A stretch of DNA of 56,462 bases, the filler included, from Squatina squatina (taxonomy: Eukaryota), in the NCBI GenBank assembly GCA_031763465.1. It is 4 parts of 4 records of this genome, joined end to end, with 100 filler letters (N's around TTAATTAATTAA, not from the genome) between each part and the next. Parts side by side here need not be neighbours in the genome. Positions count along the whole stretch, not along the records: positions 1 to 14,425 come from JARFOE010000192.1; 3 more parts are not named here. One strand, written 5' to 3'. The notes under the pieces were generated by a model. It worked only from the letters and a program-made list of their open reading frames with translations, did no database searches and was not told the origin of the DNA. Below are positions 1-12,589 of this stretch, in pieces (position 1 is the stretch's first letter; each line of letters opens with the position of its first letter). A program made the translations under genes and the position numbers.

Positions 1-570
1 GTCACTAGTAAATGACAGATCACTTTTGGGCAGAATTAGCTATCATTACCAGAGGACTACTCAGCACTTCCCTGCCGTTGGGCAAAAGTGTCCACTGCGA
101 TGGATGGGAGTCAAATGAAGCCAAGCAGCCGGTGAAGAATTTACTATTGTGCATTAACCTCTGCCACAAAAGTCTGATTGTGGCTTCACGGCATATTTAA
201 CCAAACCACTGAGGTATTACATTTCCAACTGAAGGCAATGCTCACAGGAGCTCAAGGATTTTCAACACTGAAATGCAGGATCTTACAATCTCATGATTCT
301 GATCTATAAACGGTCAACCCTTTCATATGTTTTTGTCTGTACTCCTGCTTACGCAACCTTATCAAGAACAGATTAAAATCACTGAAGGACTAAGATGGAC
401 AACAGAACGTTTTTTGTTGAATAAGTCAGATCTGTTTCAGTGGCATATCCCAAAGGGAAATCTTCTGGAAAATTCAGAAAAAAGAATTTTAATTGCAATA
501 ATGAAATTATGAAATAATATTTAATAATCCTGTCAGTCTATGAATATGTTTATTAAAAATTATCTGTAGT

Positions 571-1655
571 ATAAGTAACCATAAGACCACAAGAAATTGG
601 AGCAGGAGTAGGCCAATAAGATCATGGCTGATCATCGACTTCAACTCCACTTTCCCACCCGATCTCCATAACCCTTGGTTCCCCGAGACTCCAAAAATCT
701 ATCGATCTCGGCCTTGAATATACTCAATGACTGAGCATCCACAGCCCTCTGGGGTAGAGAATTCTAGATTCACAACGCTCTGAGTGAAGAAATTCCTCCT
801 CATCTCAGTCTTAAATGGCTGACCCCTTATCCTGAGACTGTGACCCCTGGTTCTAGACTCCAGCCAGGGGAAGCAACCTCTCAACATCTACCTGGTCAAT
901 CCCCCTCAGAATCTTATGTTTCAATGAGATCACCTCTCATTCTTCTAAACTCCAGAGAGTATAGGCCCATTCTACTCAATCTCTCCTCATAGGACAACCC
1001 TCTCATCCCAGGAATCAGTTTGGTGAACATTTGTTGCACTCCCTCTAAGGCAAGTATATCCTTCCTTAGGTCAGGAGACCAAAACTGTGCACAATACTCC
1101 AGGTGCGGTCTCACCAGGGCCCTATATAATTACAGCAAGACTTGCTTAATCTTATACTCCAACCCCCTTGCAATAAAGGCTAACATACCATTTGCTTTCC
1201 TAATTGTTTGCTGTAACTGCATGTTAACTTTCTATGATTCATGCACAAGGACACCCAAATCCCTCTGAATCCCAACATTTACTAATCTTTCGCCTTTTAA
1301 AAAATATTCTGCTTCTCAATTCTTCCTACCAAACTGGATAGTTTCACACTTCCCTCATTATACTCCATCTCTCACCTGCTGGCCCAATCACTTACGTTCT
1401 AGATCCCTATGCAGGCTCTTTCCATTTTCCTCACAGCTTACATGTCCACCGAGCTTTGTATCATCAGCAAACTTGGATATATTACACTTGGTCCCCTCAT
1501 CCAAATCATTGATATAGATTGTGAATAGCTGAGGCCCAAGCACTGATCCTTGTGGTACCCCACTAGTCACAGCCTGCCAATCTGAAAATGACCCATTTAT
1601 TCTTACTCTCTGTTTTCTGTCTGTTAACTAATTTCCAATCCATGCCAGTACAGTA
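571..1655 (-). mobile_element. CR1-clade LINE, 5'-truncated and degenerate (RT C-terminal half plus 3' UTR)
   Basis: Minus-strand pieces read [34 protein letters not shown] (RT motifs), [26 protein letters not shown] and RTRGHSLRIRG..RRNFFTQ. They are broken by frameshifts, and a CR1-type short-repeat tail (cataag..) lies near 575-600. Confidence 0.93.
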
Positions 1656-3425
1656 TTAAAATGGCAGGGAGATGGGAACCTAAGCAGGGGGACAAGGGAG
1701 AGAGAAACAAGGACAGAAATGAAAGAAAGAGCAGTAGAACGCAAAAGNNNNNNNNNNNNNNNNNNNNNNNNNNNNNNNNNNNNNNNNNNNNNNNNNNNNN
1801 NNNNNNNNNNNNNNNNNNNNNNNNNNNNNNNNNNNNNNNNNNNNNNNACTAACAAATGAGACACTAAATATACATTTCAGTGTTAGCATTGTTACGTGTT
1901 GCGCGTTGTAGCAATTTTACCAGTCTGAGGCTGAACAGAGCCAAAGACCTCTGTGTTGTGCATTTCTCATTATTTTTCCGTTGAATTAATTACTTTTTTT
2001 TGGATGATCAGTGAGTTTGAACTAATGAATCAGCCCAGAGTTCTTCATAAGCAATGCTGAGAATAAAAAGCACAAAATAGAGTCTTTACTTAGTCATTCT
2101 TTGAATAAATTGAAAGATGTAAACACTGTTACTGCATCTTTTACATTTGTGGGGGTGGCAAACAACCCATAGCACAAAAATACATGCCGAAGTCGCTGTG
2201 ATTCTGAAAGTGATAATCAAAGATAAAATAACAATTACATTCTTGGGTACCCGGTTATAATTGCTTGCTTTACAATAGCCAAACAATTAATTTTCCACAA
2301 ATACTTTCTATTTATTCAAACCTCACTTTGAACTTTTAATACCTCTGCCCTTTGGAACTTTCATGAGGATAACTTGTGTTGTATATTATTCCAAGAAATA
2401 TCACCGACACCTGGCTAACCACCAACCTGCCATTATCCCCAGCAATAAAAATAAAAGGATGTCAGAAGGTCAAGCATCTAGCAACAAGCAGCACAAAAAG
2501 CTGCCTAACCTTTGGCCCTGAAAAGTCCAGTGTTACCGTTGAACTGTAAATAACTGCAACACAGCAGGCTTTTTGATAAAAGCAATATCATATCCGCTGG
2601 TAGATTATACTGTGCAGCAGCCAATAGACATGTGCATTCAGCATTTCAAAAATCCCTTGGTGGCACAGTGGAGCAGCACTGCGTGTCGTAGAGTGGTAGG
2701 ATATACCTTTGTGTTCATAATTCCCACCTGCCAGATTCCCGATTGCAACCTATGCCACCAGGGAAGATGTTAAGTCAAAGAGTTTACCCACAAGGAACTC
2801 TGAGGACAGATTCCCCCACCCCATTGCGGGAGAGTGCTTGCAGAGTCTTATCAACAGGTCAGCCACAAAATGGAACGAAACTCAGCAGATGGTGAGGAAA
2901 AAAGACAATGTAACGTGGATGGGGGAAAACTTTAAGAAACAGGGCATAAAAATCTAATACACCTGTCTTTAGACAGGAGGTACAGAAAGCATGCCAACAC
3001 TCCTTGGTAAAGTCTGCACCAGGCTTGTTCTGTTCCCTGCTTACATCTCGGATTTTGCATGGTAGATGGGGTCTAGGTCTAGATTGGGATAAATTGAATG
3101 GTGAACACACAATAGGGGCATTTAACTCACTTCCCATAATCACTCATCTGAGTTTTGTACAGCAATTGTCAGATCTCCCAGAACTGAAGAACACAATTTG
3201 TCTTGTTCAACATAGGGTAGTACGAGGAAAATTTCCTTGAAGGAAATGGCTTAATTTATTAATAAATGAAACAAAACGGAAGCTTCAAAACCTTAAGTAA
3301 GAAGCAAGTTCCATCACTGGCTGTGNNNNNNNNNNNNNNNNNNNNNNNNNNNNNNNNNNNNNNNNNNNNNNNNNNNNNNNNNNNNNNNNNNNNNNNNNNN
3401 NNNNNNNNNNNNNNNNNNNNNNNNN

Positions 3426-3470
<45 letters not shown>

Positions 3471-3739
3471 CCCTACTTTCAAACTCTGGGAGACATCAAA
3501 CTACAAAAGGAGCCCCTGCTGGCCAAGAACCAGAAGGGAACAAAATATACACACATAATGAACCCGCTCTCTTTCTCTCTCCACAAGATTTCTCTCTAAC
3601 TAGCTGCAGAACAGCACGGGATGCTGGTTTTCAGCAGAGCCACATATCCTTCCCCCCAACTCCTGACTTAGTCCCAGTCAGCGAGGAGTGCTGACATAGT
3701 GAAGGCAGCAACACCTTTTCGGCTCCAGATGGCACCAGG

Positions 3740-3836
3740 CGGTGTATAAATATCCTGCTCGGGTTTCACTGACGCGGCTGCGGCGGCCCCGAGCAATCTT
3801 TGTGCTGGTGTGTTGCTGGCAGAGTGACAAGTAGGT
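3740..3836 (+). promoter_or_regulatory. Possible TATA promoter and short non-coding first exon of an unidentified gene
   Basis: TATAAATA at 3745-3752, E-box CAGATG just upstream, a CpG-rich stretch downstream and a donor-like AA|GTAGGT at 3831. Motif-only evidence. Confidence 0.25.
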
Positions 3837-4109
3837 TGAAGCAGGGCTCGCTCTTTCCCTGTCTGTCTGAGCGGCCGGGGGAGGCGCGCACACACACACA
3901 CAGGGAGGGCTGACATGGTGGCTAAGACACCTCTCGCTCTCCCCTTACCAACTGAACCCTCACTACTTTATCCCCTTACCTATGCACCTTACCCAGTTTG
4001 TTACCTCCTNNNNNNNNNNNNNNNNNNNNNNNNNNNNNNNNNNNNNNNNNNNNNNNNNNNNNNNNNNNNNNNNNNNNNNNNNNNNNNNNNNNNNNNNNNN
4101 NNNNNNNNN

Positions 4110-5992
4110 TTATATATAACTGTGGGGTGAGTTAGTACAAGAGGTAGTGCTGTGTGTCCATTATTATATATAACTGTGGGGTGAGTCAGAACAGGAGGTG
4201 GTGCTGTGTGTCCATTACTATATATAACTGTGGGGTGAGTTAGTACAGGAGGTAGTGCTGTGTGTCCATTATTATATATAACTGTGGGGTGAGTCGGTTC
4301 AGGAGGTAGTGCTGTGTGTCCATTATTATATGTAACTGTAGGGTGAATCGGTACAGGAGGTAGTGCAGTGTGTCCATTATTCGATATCACTGTTGGATGT
4401 GTCAGTGGAGAACGTGTTGCTGTGTGTCCATTATTATAGATAACTGTGGGGTGTGTCAGTACAGGAAGTGGTGCTGTGTATCCATTATTATCTATAACTG
4501 TGGGGTGTGTCAGTGGAGGAGGTGTTGCTGTGTGTCCATTATTATCAAAACTGTTGGATGAGTTAGTACAGGAGGTAGTGCTGTATATCCATTATTTTAT
4601 GTAACTGTGGGGTGAGTCTGAACAGGAGGTGGTGCTGTATGTCCATTATTATATATAATTGAGGAGTGAGTCAGTACAGGAGGTGGTGCTGTGTGTCCAT
4701 TATAATATATCACTGTGGGGTGAGTTAGTACAGGAGGTGGTGCTGTGTGTCCATTATTATCTATAACTGTGGGGTGAATCAGTACAGGAGGTGGTGCTGT
4801 GTGGCCATTGTTATGTATAACTGTGGGGTGAGTCAGTACAGGAGGTCGTGCTGTTTGTCCATTATTAGATATCACTGTGGGGTGATTCGGTCCAGGATGT
4901 CGTGCTGTGTGTCCATTATTATCTATAACTGTGGGGTGAATCAGTACAGGAGATGGTGCTGTGTGTCCATTATTATATGTAACTGTGGGGTGAGTCGGTA
5001 CAGGAGGTAGTGCTGTGTGTCCATTATTATATATAACTGTGGGGTGAGTCGGTCCAGGATGTCGTGCTGTGTGTCCATTATTATATGTAACTGTGGGGTG
5101 AGTCGGTACAGGAGGTGGTGCTGTTTGTCCATTATTATATATCACTGTGGGGTGATTCGGTACAGGAGATGGTCCTGTGTGTCCATTATTATATATAACT
5201 GTAGGGCGTGTCAATACAGGAGGTCGTGCTGTTTGTTCATTATTATATATAACTGTGGGGTGAGTCAGAATAGGAGGTGGTGCTGTGTGTCCATTATTAT
5301 ATATAACTGTGGGGTGCGTCAGTACAGGAGGTGGTGCTGTGTGTCCATTATTATATATAACTGTAGGGTGAGTCAGTATAGGAGGTGGTGCTGTGTGTCC
5401 ATTACTATATATAACTGTGGGGTGTGTCAGTACAGGAGGTAGTGCTGTGTGTCCATTATTATATATAACTGTGTGGTGAGTCTGTACAGGAGGTGGTGCT
5501 GTGTGTCTATTATTATATATCACTGTGGGGTGAGTCAGTGCAGGAGGTGGTGCTGTGTGTCCATTATTATATATAACTGTGGGGTGAGTCAGTACAGGAG
5601 GTGGTGCTGTGTGTCTATTATTATATCTAACTGTGGGGTGAGTCAGTACAGGAGGTGGTGCTGTGTGTCCATTATTATATATAACTGTGGGGTGAGTCAG
5701 TACAGGAGGTGGTGCTGTGTGTCCATTATTATATATAACTGTGGGGTGAGTCGGTATAGGAGTTGGTGCTGTGTGTCCATTATTATATATAATTGTGTGG
5801 TGTGTCAGTGCAGGAGTTGGTGCTGTGTGTCCATTATTATATATAACTGTGGGGTGAGTCGGTACAGGAGTTGGTGCTGTGTGTCCATTATTATATATAA
5901 CTGGGGTGTGTCAGTGCAGGAGTTGGTGCTGTGTGTCCATTATTTTATATAACTGTGGGATGAGTCAGTACAGGAGGTGGTGGTGCTGTGTG
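4110..5992. repeat. 54-bp minisatellite (VNTR), about 35 copies, truncated by a gap on the left
   Basis: Unit TATATAACTGTGGGGTGAGTCAGTACAGGAGGTGGTGCTGTGTGTCCATTATTA. Variant CACTGTG copies at 4711, 4873, 5143 and 5521 are spaced by exact multiples of 54. Confidence 0.98.
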
Positions 5993-5998
5993 TGTTGA

Positions 5999-6026
5999 GG
6001 TTTTTGTAAGGCTCTGTATCACAGTG
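5999..6026 (-). other. V(D)J recombination signal sequence with 12-bp spacer (12-RSS)
   Basis: Immediately 3' of the V exon on the minus strand: heptamer CACTGTG (6026-6020), 12-nt spacer ATACAGAGCCTT, canonical nonamer ACAAAAACC (6007-5999). Confidence 0.96.
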
Positions 6027-6325
6027 TAGAGGGTAGCTCTGATATTGCTGACAGTAATAGTCTGCAACATCTTCGCTCTGCACGTCGGCGATGGTTAGGG
6101 TGAACGTGTTTGACTGTTGACTGCCGGTGAAACGATTGGAGGTTCCTGTGAAACGACTTGTTGCGGCATAGATCAGGAGAGAGGGTTTCTGCCCTGATTT
6201 CTGCTGGTACCAAGCAAGGTAGCTGCTAATGGATGTGCTGGCGGTACAGGTGATGGTTGCGGTCTGCCCCTCACTCACTGACAGCACCGAGGGAGACTGG
6301 GTCATGATAATATCCCCACTGATAC
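6027..6325 (-). CDS. IGKV: Ig light-chain V exon, kappa (shark NS4-like) type, germline and unrearranged
   Basis: Acceptor ttccctcag|GTATC (phase 1). Encodes [77 protein letters not shown], with both Cys, WYQQ and DxAxYYC. It is followed by a 12-RSS, the kappa-type arrangement. Confidence 0.95.
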
Positions 6326-6510
6326 CTGAGGGAAATAGAGAAAGAAAATGAAGAAAGCACGGTTACAGAAAGATGCTGTAAAATGAGAGATTGCTCGAGA
6401 CAGTGACCGTTCGTCTTGTTTCAGCATTTTTCCTTCAATCACTGGTCAGTACAATTGGACAGAAATCGACAGTGGGGAGATATTAAACGTGGAAGGAGAG
6501 AGATTCGTAC

Positions 6511-6559
6511 CTGCGACGCAGAATGCCAGAGGCCAGATCAGCTGGATGGGTGAAATCAT
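6511..6559 (-). CDS. IGKV: Ig kappa leader exon (MISPIQLIWPLAFCVA-G)
   Basis: ATG at 6559, hydrophobic signal peptide, donor GCAG|gtacga at 6510. The 185-bp phase-1 intron joins in frame to the V exon. Confidence 0.92.
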
Positions 6560-6618
6560 GGTGTCTGCTCCTGTCCCTGTGCCTGGTTACTGATAAACTG
6601 CCCTTCACTGGGCTCTGC

Positions 6619-6665
6619 TTTATAAACCTGCAAAAGTCTCACAGCCCGTCCCTCAGTATGTAAAT
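6619..6665 (-). promoter_or_regulatory. Ig V promoter: TATA box plus octamer variant
   Basis: TTTATAAA at 6619-6626. ATTTACAT on the minus strand (6665-6658) is one mismatch from the light-chain octamer ATTTGCAT, in light-chain orientation, about 100 bp upstream of the ATG. ETS-type GGAAG cores lie near 6700 and 6800. Confidence 0.7.
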
Positions 6666-9600
6666 TTCATCACCCAGAGAAATCCTCGTCAGCACGTTTC
6701 ACTTCCTCTGCTGATCCCCCCCACCCCCTCTCTCTCTCTCTCTATCTCTTGCTTCCTCCCTTTCTCTCGCCTAGAGTTTGAGGCTTCACTCAAAGGTCAG
6801 GAAGTAAACAGCTTGCAAGAGCCCTGAGCCGCTGACCCTGTGAAAGTAGAATTCTGAGAGCGCAGGTAATGAGGTGATGCCTTGGAGGCCCCGGGAGACA
6901 CCGAGTCCTGTACAATCAAAGCACTGTTTGATTTACAGCAGGGGCAGTCAGCAGACTCCTAGGAAACCGTGAAGGAAACACTGGGCAGATGTCCAGGTCT
7001 CTAATAACCCTCGGATGCACTCTTCCCCTCGGATACTGTAGTTACGAAGTCTCCCAGTAAGAATAACAGTGGCGACTGATGCGTGACATCTCCCTCAATT
7101 GTCCTGTAGTATGACTTCATCCGCAATCCTGACTAGAGCCCGTGTTTAACTCCGTGTGTAAGAACTTTCTTATGCCTTTGCTCTCCACTGCAGGGTTCAG
7201 TGAGTGAGAGAGAGAGNNNNNNNNNNNNNNNNNNNNNNNNNNNNNNNNNNNNNNNNNNNNNNNNNNNNNNNNNNNNNNNNNNNNNNNNNNNNNNNNNNNN
7301 NNNNNNNNNNNNNNNNACTTCCTTCTCTAATACTATCCAACACTCCCACTCCTTTATGCACCTTATCCCCCTTTTCCACTTCTATATGCTGGTGCCAATT
7401 TAGTTTAAACCCTCCCCAACCACACTAGTGAACTTCCACGCGAAGACAAAAAATTATTTTTCCATAGTTGTATTTCCTAATTACTATTGGGCTGTCAAGA
7501 GATCATTAAACCCACAGATGGCTTGATTTCAATAGAGTAGGCATGTGTTCCAAGACCTCACACCGTTGGAGTTGGAGATGGGCATTCTTGCCTGCAACAG
7601 TTAGAAAACAGATAATCCTGCTGAACTGGAAATCTCAAAATAAGCCTTCACTCTCAGTGCGAAAGAGCTTTAATAAACGTAGCCAGTATGGAATATACTG
7701 AAGATAGTATGCAAGTCATGATTCAGAACAGATGTAGGATCTGTTCCAAAAATACTCTTGGGAAATCTACATATTGAAGCCATCTAAGTCTGTTACCTTA
7801 GGGATTTAACTCTTTGTTTAGCCAATAAACCAAATCGTGAACTAAAACATGAGTTTAGTTGTAATTTTACCACATTAAAATATATATTTTGTTTAAGTTT
7901 ACTGGAGCAGATAGCTGAATATACTTGCATTCATGGTCCTTAGTGAATCTTTTAAATCTAAGGAAGGTAATCAGAAATAAGGAGTGCGGCACTTCTGTGG
8001 AATGGTTTATGGAGCAACACAAGTCTTTTAACATGTAGGAGTGAAGGGTGTAACATGCAACTTATGTTGACCTGGTAATGACCCTTCATACTTCCTCTGA
8101 TCCTGAACTGAAGCCCATGGTAAATCAGTGCAACAACATGAAGGCANNNNNNNNNNNNNNNNNNNNNNNNNNNNNNNNNNNNNNNNNNNNNNNNNNNNNN
8201 NNNNNNNNNNNNNNNNNNNNNNNNNNNNNNNNNNNNNNNNNNNNNNTGATCCTTTATTTTAGTGAGAAAAACAGGGACTTGAGCTTGTATCCTTCACCTG
8301 GGTCAAAGGTAAAGGCTAAGCCAGCACTTCCATGCTGTGGCATTCCCTGGCAGGCAGCTGCCAGTTGTCAAGGAGTTCAGATCCTTCCAAAAACTTCTGA
8401 GCACTTTCCCTTCTCTGTGCTCGATGACCTCAAGGACCTTTTAGCTATTACTAACATTAATGAGGTTCAGCTTATCATTATCTTTCGGCTGTCTGACAGT
8501 CAGACAAAAAGCTGAACCCTTGCTTTTTTGTGTGAGCTGACATGAAAGAACATTCCTTGCTCAAAGAATGGGATTCTACTGTGAACATACAAAAATTAGT
8601 ATTTTGGCCTAAATATTTGAATACTCTTTCAAGAAAGTGGTGATGTGGTAGATAATGGAAGTTTTTGTGTTCTTACAAAGGAGCAAATACTAGAAAATGT
8701 TGGCATCTTGCTAGTTTTAGCACTGAAAAAAAATAGTAACATTTCACTGCTTTGACTTCTTTATTTAAAATAAGTAACTGCAGTAATATTTAATGAAAGC
8801 TGTACTAAGTGATGTGGTAATGTGGAATATATTCAGCATGCTCTGCTGCTATAAAGGGTTCAGTAAAAGCTAATAACGAGAGATAAGTTAATGTAATATG
8901 TGTTTTTAAGAAGATTTATTATGTACTACCTCTGACTGCTAATGGCCAATTGGATTATTAGTAATCAGAAGCCGGGTTATTATACTTTATTTAGCTTTCT
9001 GCATGTGGGTGAAGCTTGTTCATGGGATAGTAAATATCTATAAAGGAGATGAAAGGGCCNNNNNNNNNNNNNNNNNNNNNNNNNNNNNNNNNNNNNNNNN
9101 NNNNNNNNNNNNNNNNNNNNNNNNNNNNNNNNNNNNNNNNNNNNNNNNNNNNNNNNNNNGTGCATGGCCTGTGCATGACCCAGGAAAAGTGTCTGTTCAG
9201 CCTCATTCCCACTGCTCTGAGCTATAAGCGACCGGGGAATAAGTCTGGAAAGTGGATAATATTAAAGGTCATTTCCTATATTTTGAAACAGAAAACTATA
9301 ACCATAAGTGCACCATGTCTCATCACATTACCAATGTGTAATTGTTCACAAAAGGAGCACGGCTATTCAGATGTTTAAACCCGCATCCATTAGGAAGGTC
9401 GCCGAGGCTGTGTGTCAGGATGAAATGTCAGACTCATTGTTGAGCCAATGTCTAGTTTTGCAGAGTCATTAATTTGGTGGAATGACCAATTGAGGTTTGT
9501 TTAATTGAGGTTTTTAAATAATGTATCTGAGCCTTGTTTAGTTAATTAATGACATTTTCTCTTTCCATTTGCTTTGAATATCAGTATCTTCAATCTTCCG

Positions 9601-9800
9601 CAATCATTTGTGGATCAATTCATTTGTTTGTCAAAGGGGCATTGTCTTTGTTGAAACCTTTATTTCAGTTTTTGTCAAGCATTATGAAGTGCAGACATAA
9701 NNNNNNNNNNNNNNNNNNNNNNNNNNNNNNNNNNNNNNNNNNNNNNNNNNNNNNNNNNNNNNNNNNNNNNNNNNNNNNNNNNNNNNNNNNNNNNNNNNNN

Positions 9801-9872
9801 GACCGGCGTAGAGTTCTCCTAGGGTCCTTCAGTTTCATTTGAAGATACATGGCAGTATAACTGGATGCCATA
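9801..9872 (-). CDS. Possible exon fragment of an unidentified gene (..MASSYTAMYLQMKLKDPRRTLRR), cut by a gap
   Basis: Good acceptor tatttttcacattacag|. Only one of three frames stays open to the contig edge. No recognised homology. Confidence 0.2.
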
Positions 9873-10909
9873 CTGTAATGTGAAAAATAAATGGTTTCTC
9901 CTTTCCTAGCTTGGTGCATTCAATTTTATGGAGACATATCTCTTATCGTTATACTGAATATTTTTGTTCTGTTTGAGTAAGACCTTCCGCAGAACAGGAA
10001 ATGGTCCTCTCCTACTTAATTGGCTGGTCAGAATATGCTTACACAGCACCAATGGTTTCTTGACACCGGTAATTGTTTTGCAGTTAATAGTAGCAATACA
10101 AGTTCACCCCTTTGCTCCTATTTTTACTACTTGTTGACAGTTTGGCAGGTCTAAGTAAACCATTAGAGCACGTCTGACTAGCTGCAGACTCCCATGTGTA
10201 CTTGTTTAAAACTTGCAACGAATGAATATTGACAGGATGGAGAAACCAAACTCTTGTGGTTACAGCGTAAACTAAAGAAACAGCTTAACCCTTTTGGGAC
10301 TGTACCAAATATGACAATAGGGGTAATTTTAGCCGGCGCAGCCGCCCGTTGCAGTATGATTGCAACGTGTGATTGGCGGGGCTGGCCCCGATCGCATTGG
10401 TAATGGGCAGCCCACCCGTTGCAGTGCTGGATTTGTGGCGGGCCTGCAGAGGGCTATTTAAAACGGGAATGTACCTCTTAAAGGGAGCTTGCATTCACAT
10501 TGCTAACATTGGTCTCTGTATTTGCTGGAAATATCTCAATCTGGAAAATGACCGTAGAGTTCTGTGGAGGTATGGGCATGGAGGGAGGTACTGTCTATGA
10601 AATGGGAAGACGATAACAAGGCAGAACATTCAACAGGCCTGGAGAGAGGCTGCAGAGGCAGTCGACACTAGGAGCATCACCCCAGGCTACCCAGTATANN
10701 NNNNNNNNNNNNNNNNNNNNNNNNNNNNNNNNNNNNNNNNNNNNNNNNNNNNNNNNNNNNNNNNNNNNNNNNNNNNNNNNNNNNNNNNNNNNNNNNNNAG
10801 AATCACCGACCCTTTAAATAGCAGAAATATCTGTGTGGAGTCGAGGGGGAGATACAGTCTGTCCCAGGAATTATCGCAGAACAGAACTAGTGACTCTGTC
10901 CCTTTAAGG

Positions 10910-11384
10910 GCTTGCCCCTCCCCACTCCCTGCTTTTTCTTGAGTTTCTCATCCTTAAAATTCTCATCCTTTTTTTCAAATCCCTCCGTGGCCTCGCCCGT
11001 CTCTATCGCTTTAATCTCCTCCAGGCTGTACAACCCTCTGAGATATCTGTGCTCCTCTAATTCTGGCCTCTTGAGTGTCCCTGATTTCCTCATCTACTTG
11101 TTGCCCCTTCATGACATCATCCGAAAACACAGTGTCAGCTTCCACATGTGTACTGATGACACCCAGTTCGACCTCACCACCACGTCTCCCGACCCTTCAC
11201 CCGGTCTCTAAATTATCAGACTGCTTCTCCGTTCTGGATGAGGAGAAATTTCCTCCAATTGAATATTGGGAAGGCCAAAGCCATTGTTTTCGGTCCCCGG
11301 CCACAAGCTCCGTTCCTTAGCCACTGACTCCATCCCTCTCCTCAACTTCTGGCTGAGGCTGAACCACACCGTTAGCACCCTTGG
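10910..11384 (+). mobile_element. L2-clade LINE fragments
   Basis: YLLPLHDIIRKHSVSFHMCTDDTQF is a degenerate L2 RT (Y)ADD region. The upstream part matches the L2 3' region also seen at 43985. Confidence 0.8.
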
Positions 11385-12589
11385 NNNNNNNNNNNNNNNN
11401 NNNNNNNNNNNNNNNNNNNNNNNNNNNNNNNNNNNNNNNNNNNNNNNNNNNNNNNNNNNNNNNNNNNNNNNNNNNNNNNNNNNNAAATAAGTTTGAAGAA
11501 CTGAAGAAAAAATAAATCAGATTAACACTTCACTTGAACCAAAACCACAGTATATATATCCTTGTTAATAATCTAGGTTCAATCCATGCATTCCATGGAT
11601 CTGGGGTTTGAGTGGACACCATCTTGGAGCTCTACCAACATATAGACATGTAATAAAATAAGTGGGAAAAGGTTAAAATATCTAACAATGTTATTAGCGC
11701 ATGGGTTGACCAAAATTAGGTTTAGCAATAAATCCCACTCTCATAATACAGAGAACTAAACGGGCCAATCATTTCTCAATTTACACCACTAACCATACAG
11801 AAAACATTTCCTTCACTTTAAAAGTTTATGACCAAGGGTTTTGGTTTCTTTCTACGCAATCATTAAGGGAATTGGATCTTTTTATGTTAATATTGAAGAT
11901 CAAAAGTTTTTTTCTAAGGAAGGAGAGCTTCCTACAAGAAATTGACCACAGAAAATGCTTAAAAAAATTTACACTACTATAAAAAATACTTCTTTGCAGG
12001 AAATTAGCAATTAAATGCTAGGACAGAAAGGTCTGCTTTAAAGTCTACGCTTTCTGTGCACTCCTCTAAAATTGAAGGCGTCCCTTCATATCGTGAAGAG
12101 ACAGTTTTTTTCCTTTGAGGCAAATAATGCAGTCTTGGCAAAACTTCACAAAGTATGGATTGCAAGGAATGACCTTGAAGATACTTTGATAACACTAGAA
12201 TGCAAGCTGATCCTAGTGCTCACCAGATAACTCTCGCCTCCTGTTTATTTGCAACCGTGAGCTCTCGAAATGTCAGAGATTTTGGAATTTTCAGTCTGTC
12301 AGTTTCCCTGGTTGGCAGCGTCCGGACACTTGGCCGAGTACTTCTCTGCCTCCATCTCCAGCACTCGCACCCACTTCCCCCCACCCCGCCCTCCCAGCAC
12401 AGATGCACGCGCATTGCAGTCACTGGCAAGCGTACAATCTTTTGAAATGTGGTATCATCCTTTGCCTTGGGCTCCACCTTGGAAAGTGCGATTANNNNNN
12501 NNNNNNNNNNCATCAGCCATTCTGTGGTTACACAGAGTGAAATTGCCAACTTAATGCCAATTATTGCTGAACCAGGGTTAAGAAATAAA

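Noticed and set aside
3426-3469. 44-nt poly-C run and the poly-Pro/poly-Gly ORFs it creates
   Set aside because: It sits at a contig edge and is typical of two-colour sequencing poly-G artefacts; not credible as coding.
4001-5952. Long His/Pro/Thr-rich (308 aa) and Cys-rich ORFs
   Set aside because: By-products of a 54-bp (18-codon) tandem unit that lacks stops in some frames; no splice or start context.
4110-5992. CRISPR-like array (also considered for 31605-31898 and 25930-26609)
   Set aside because: Head-to-tail units with no unique spacers, no cas genes, vertebrate DNA.
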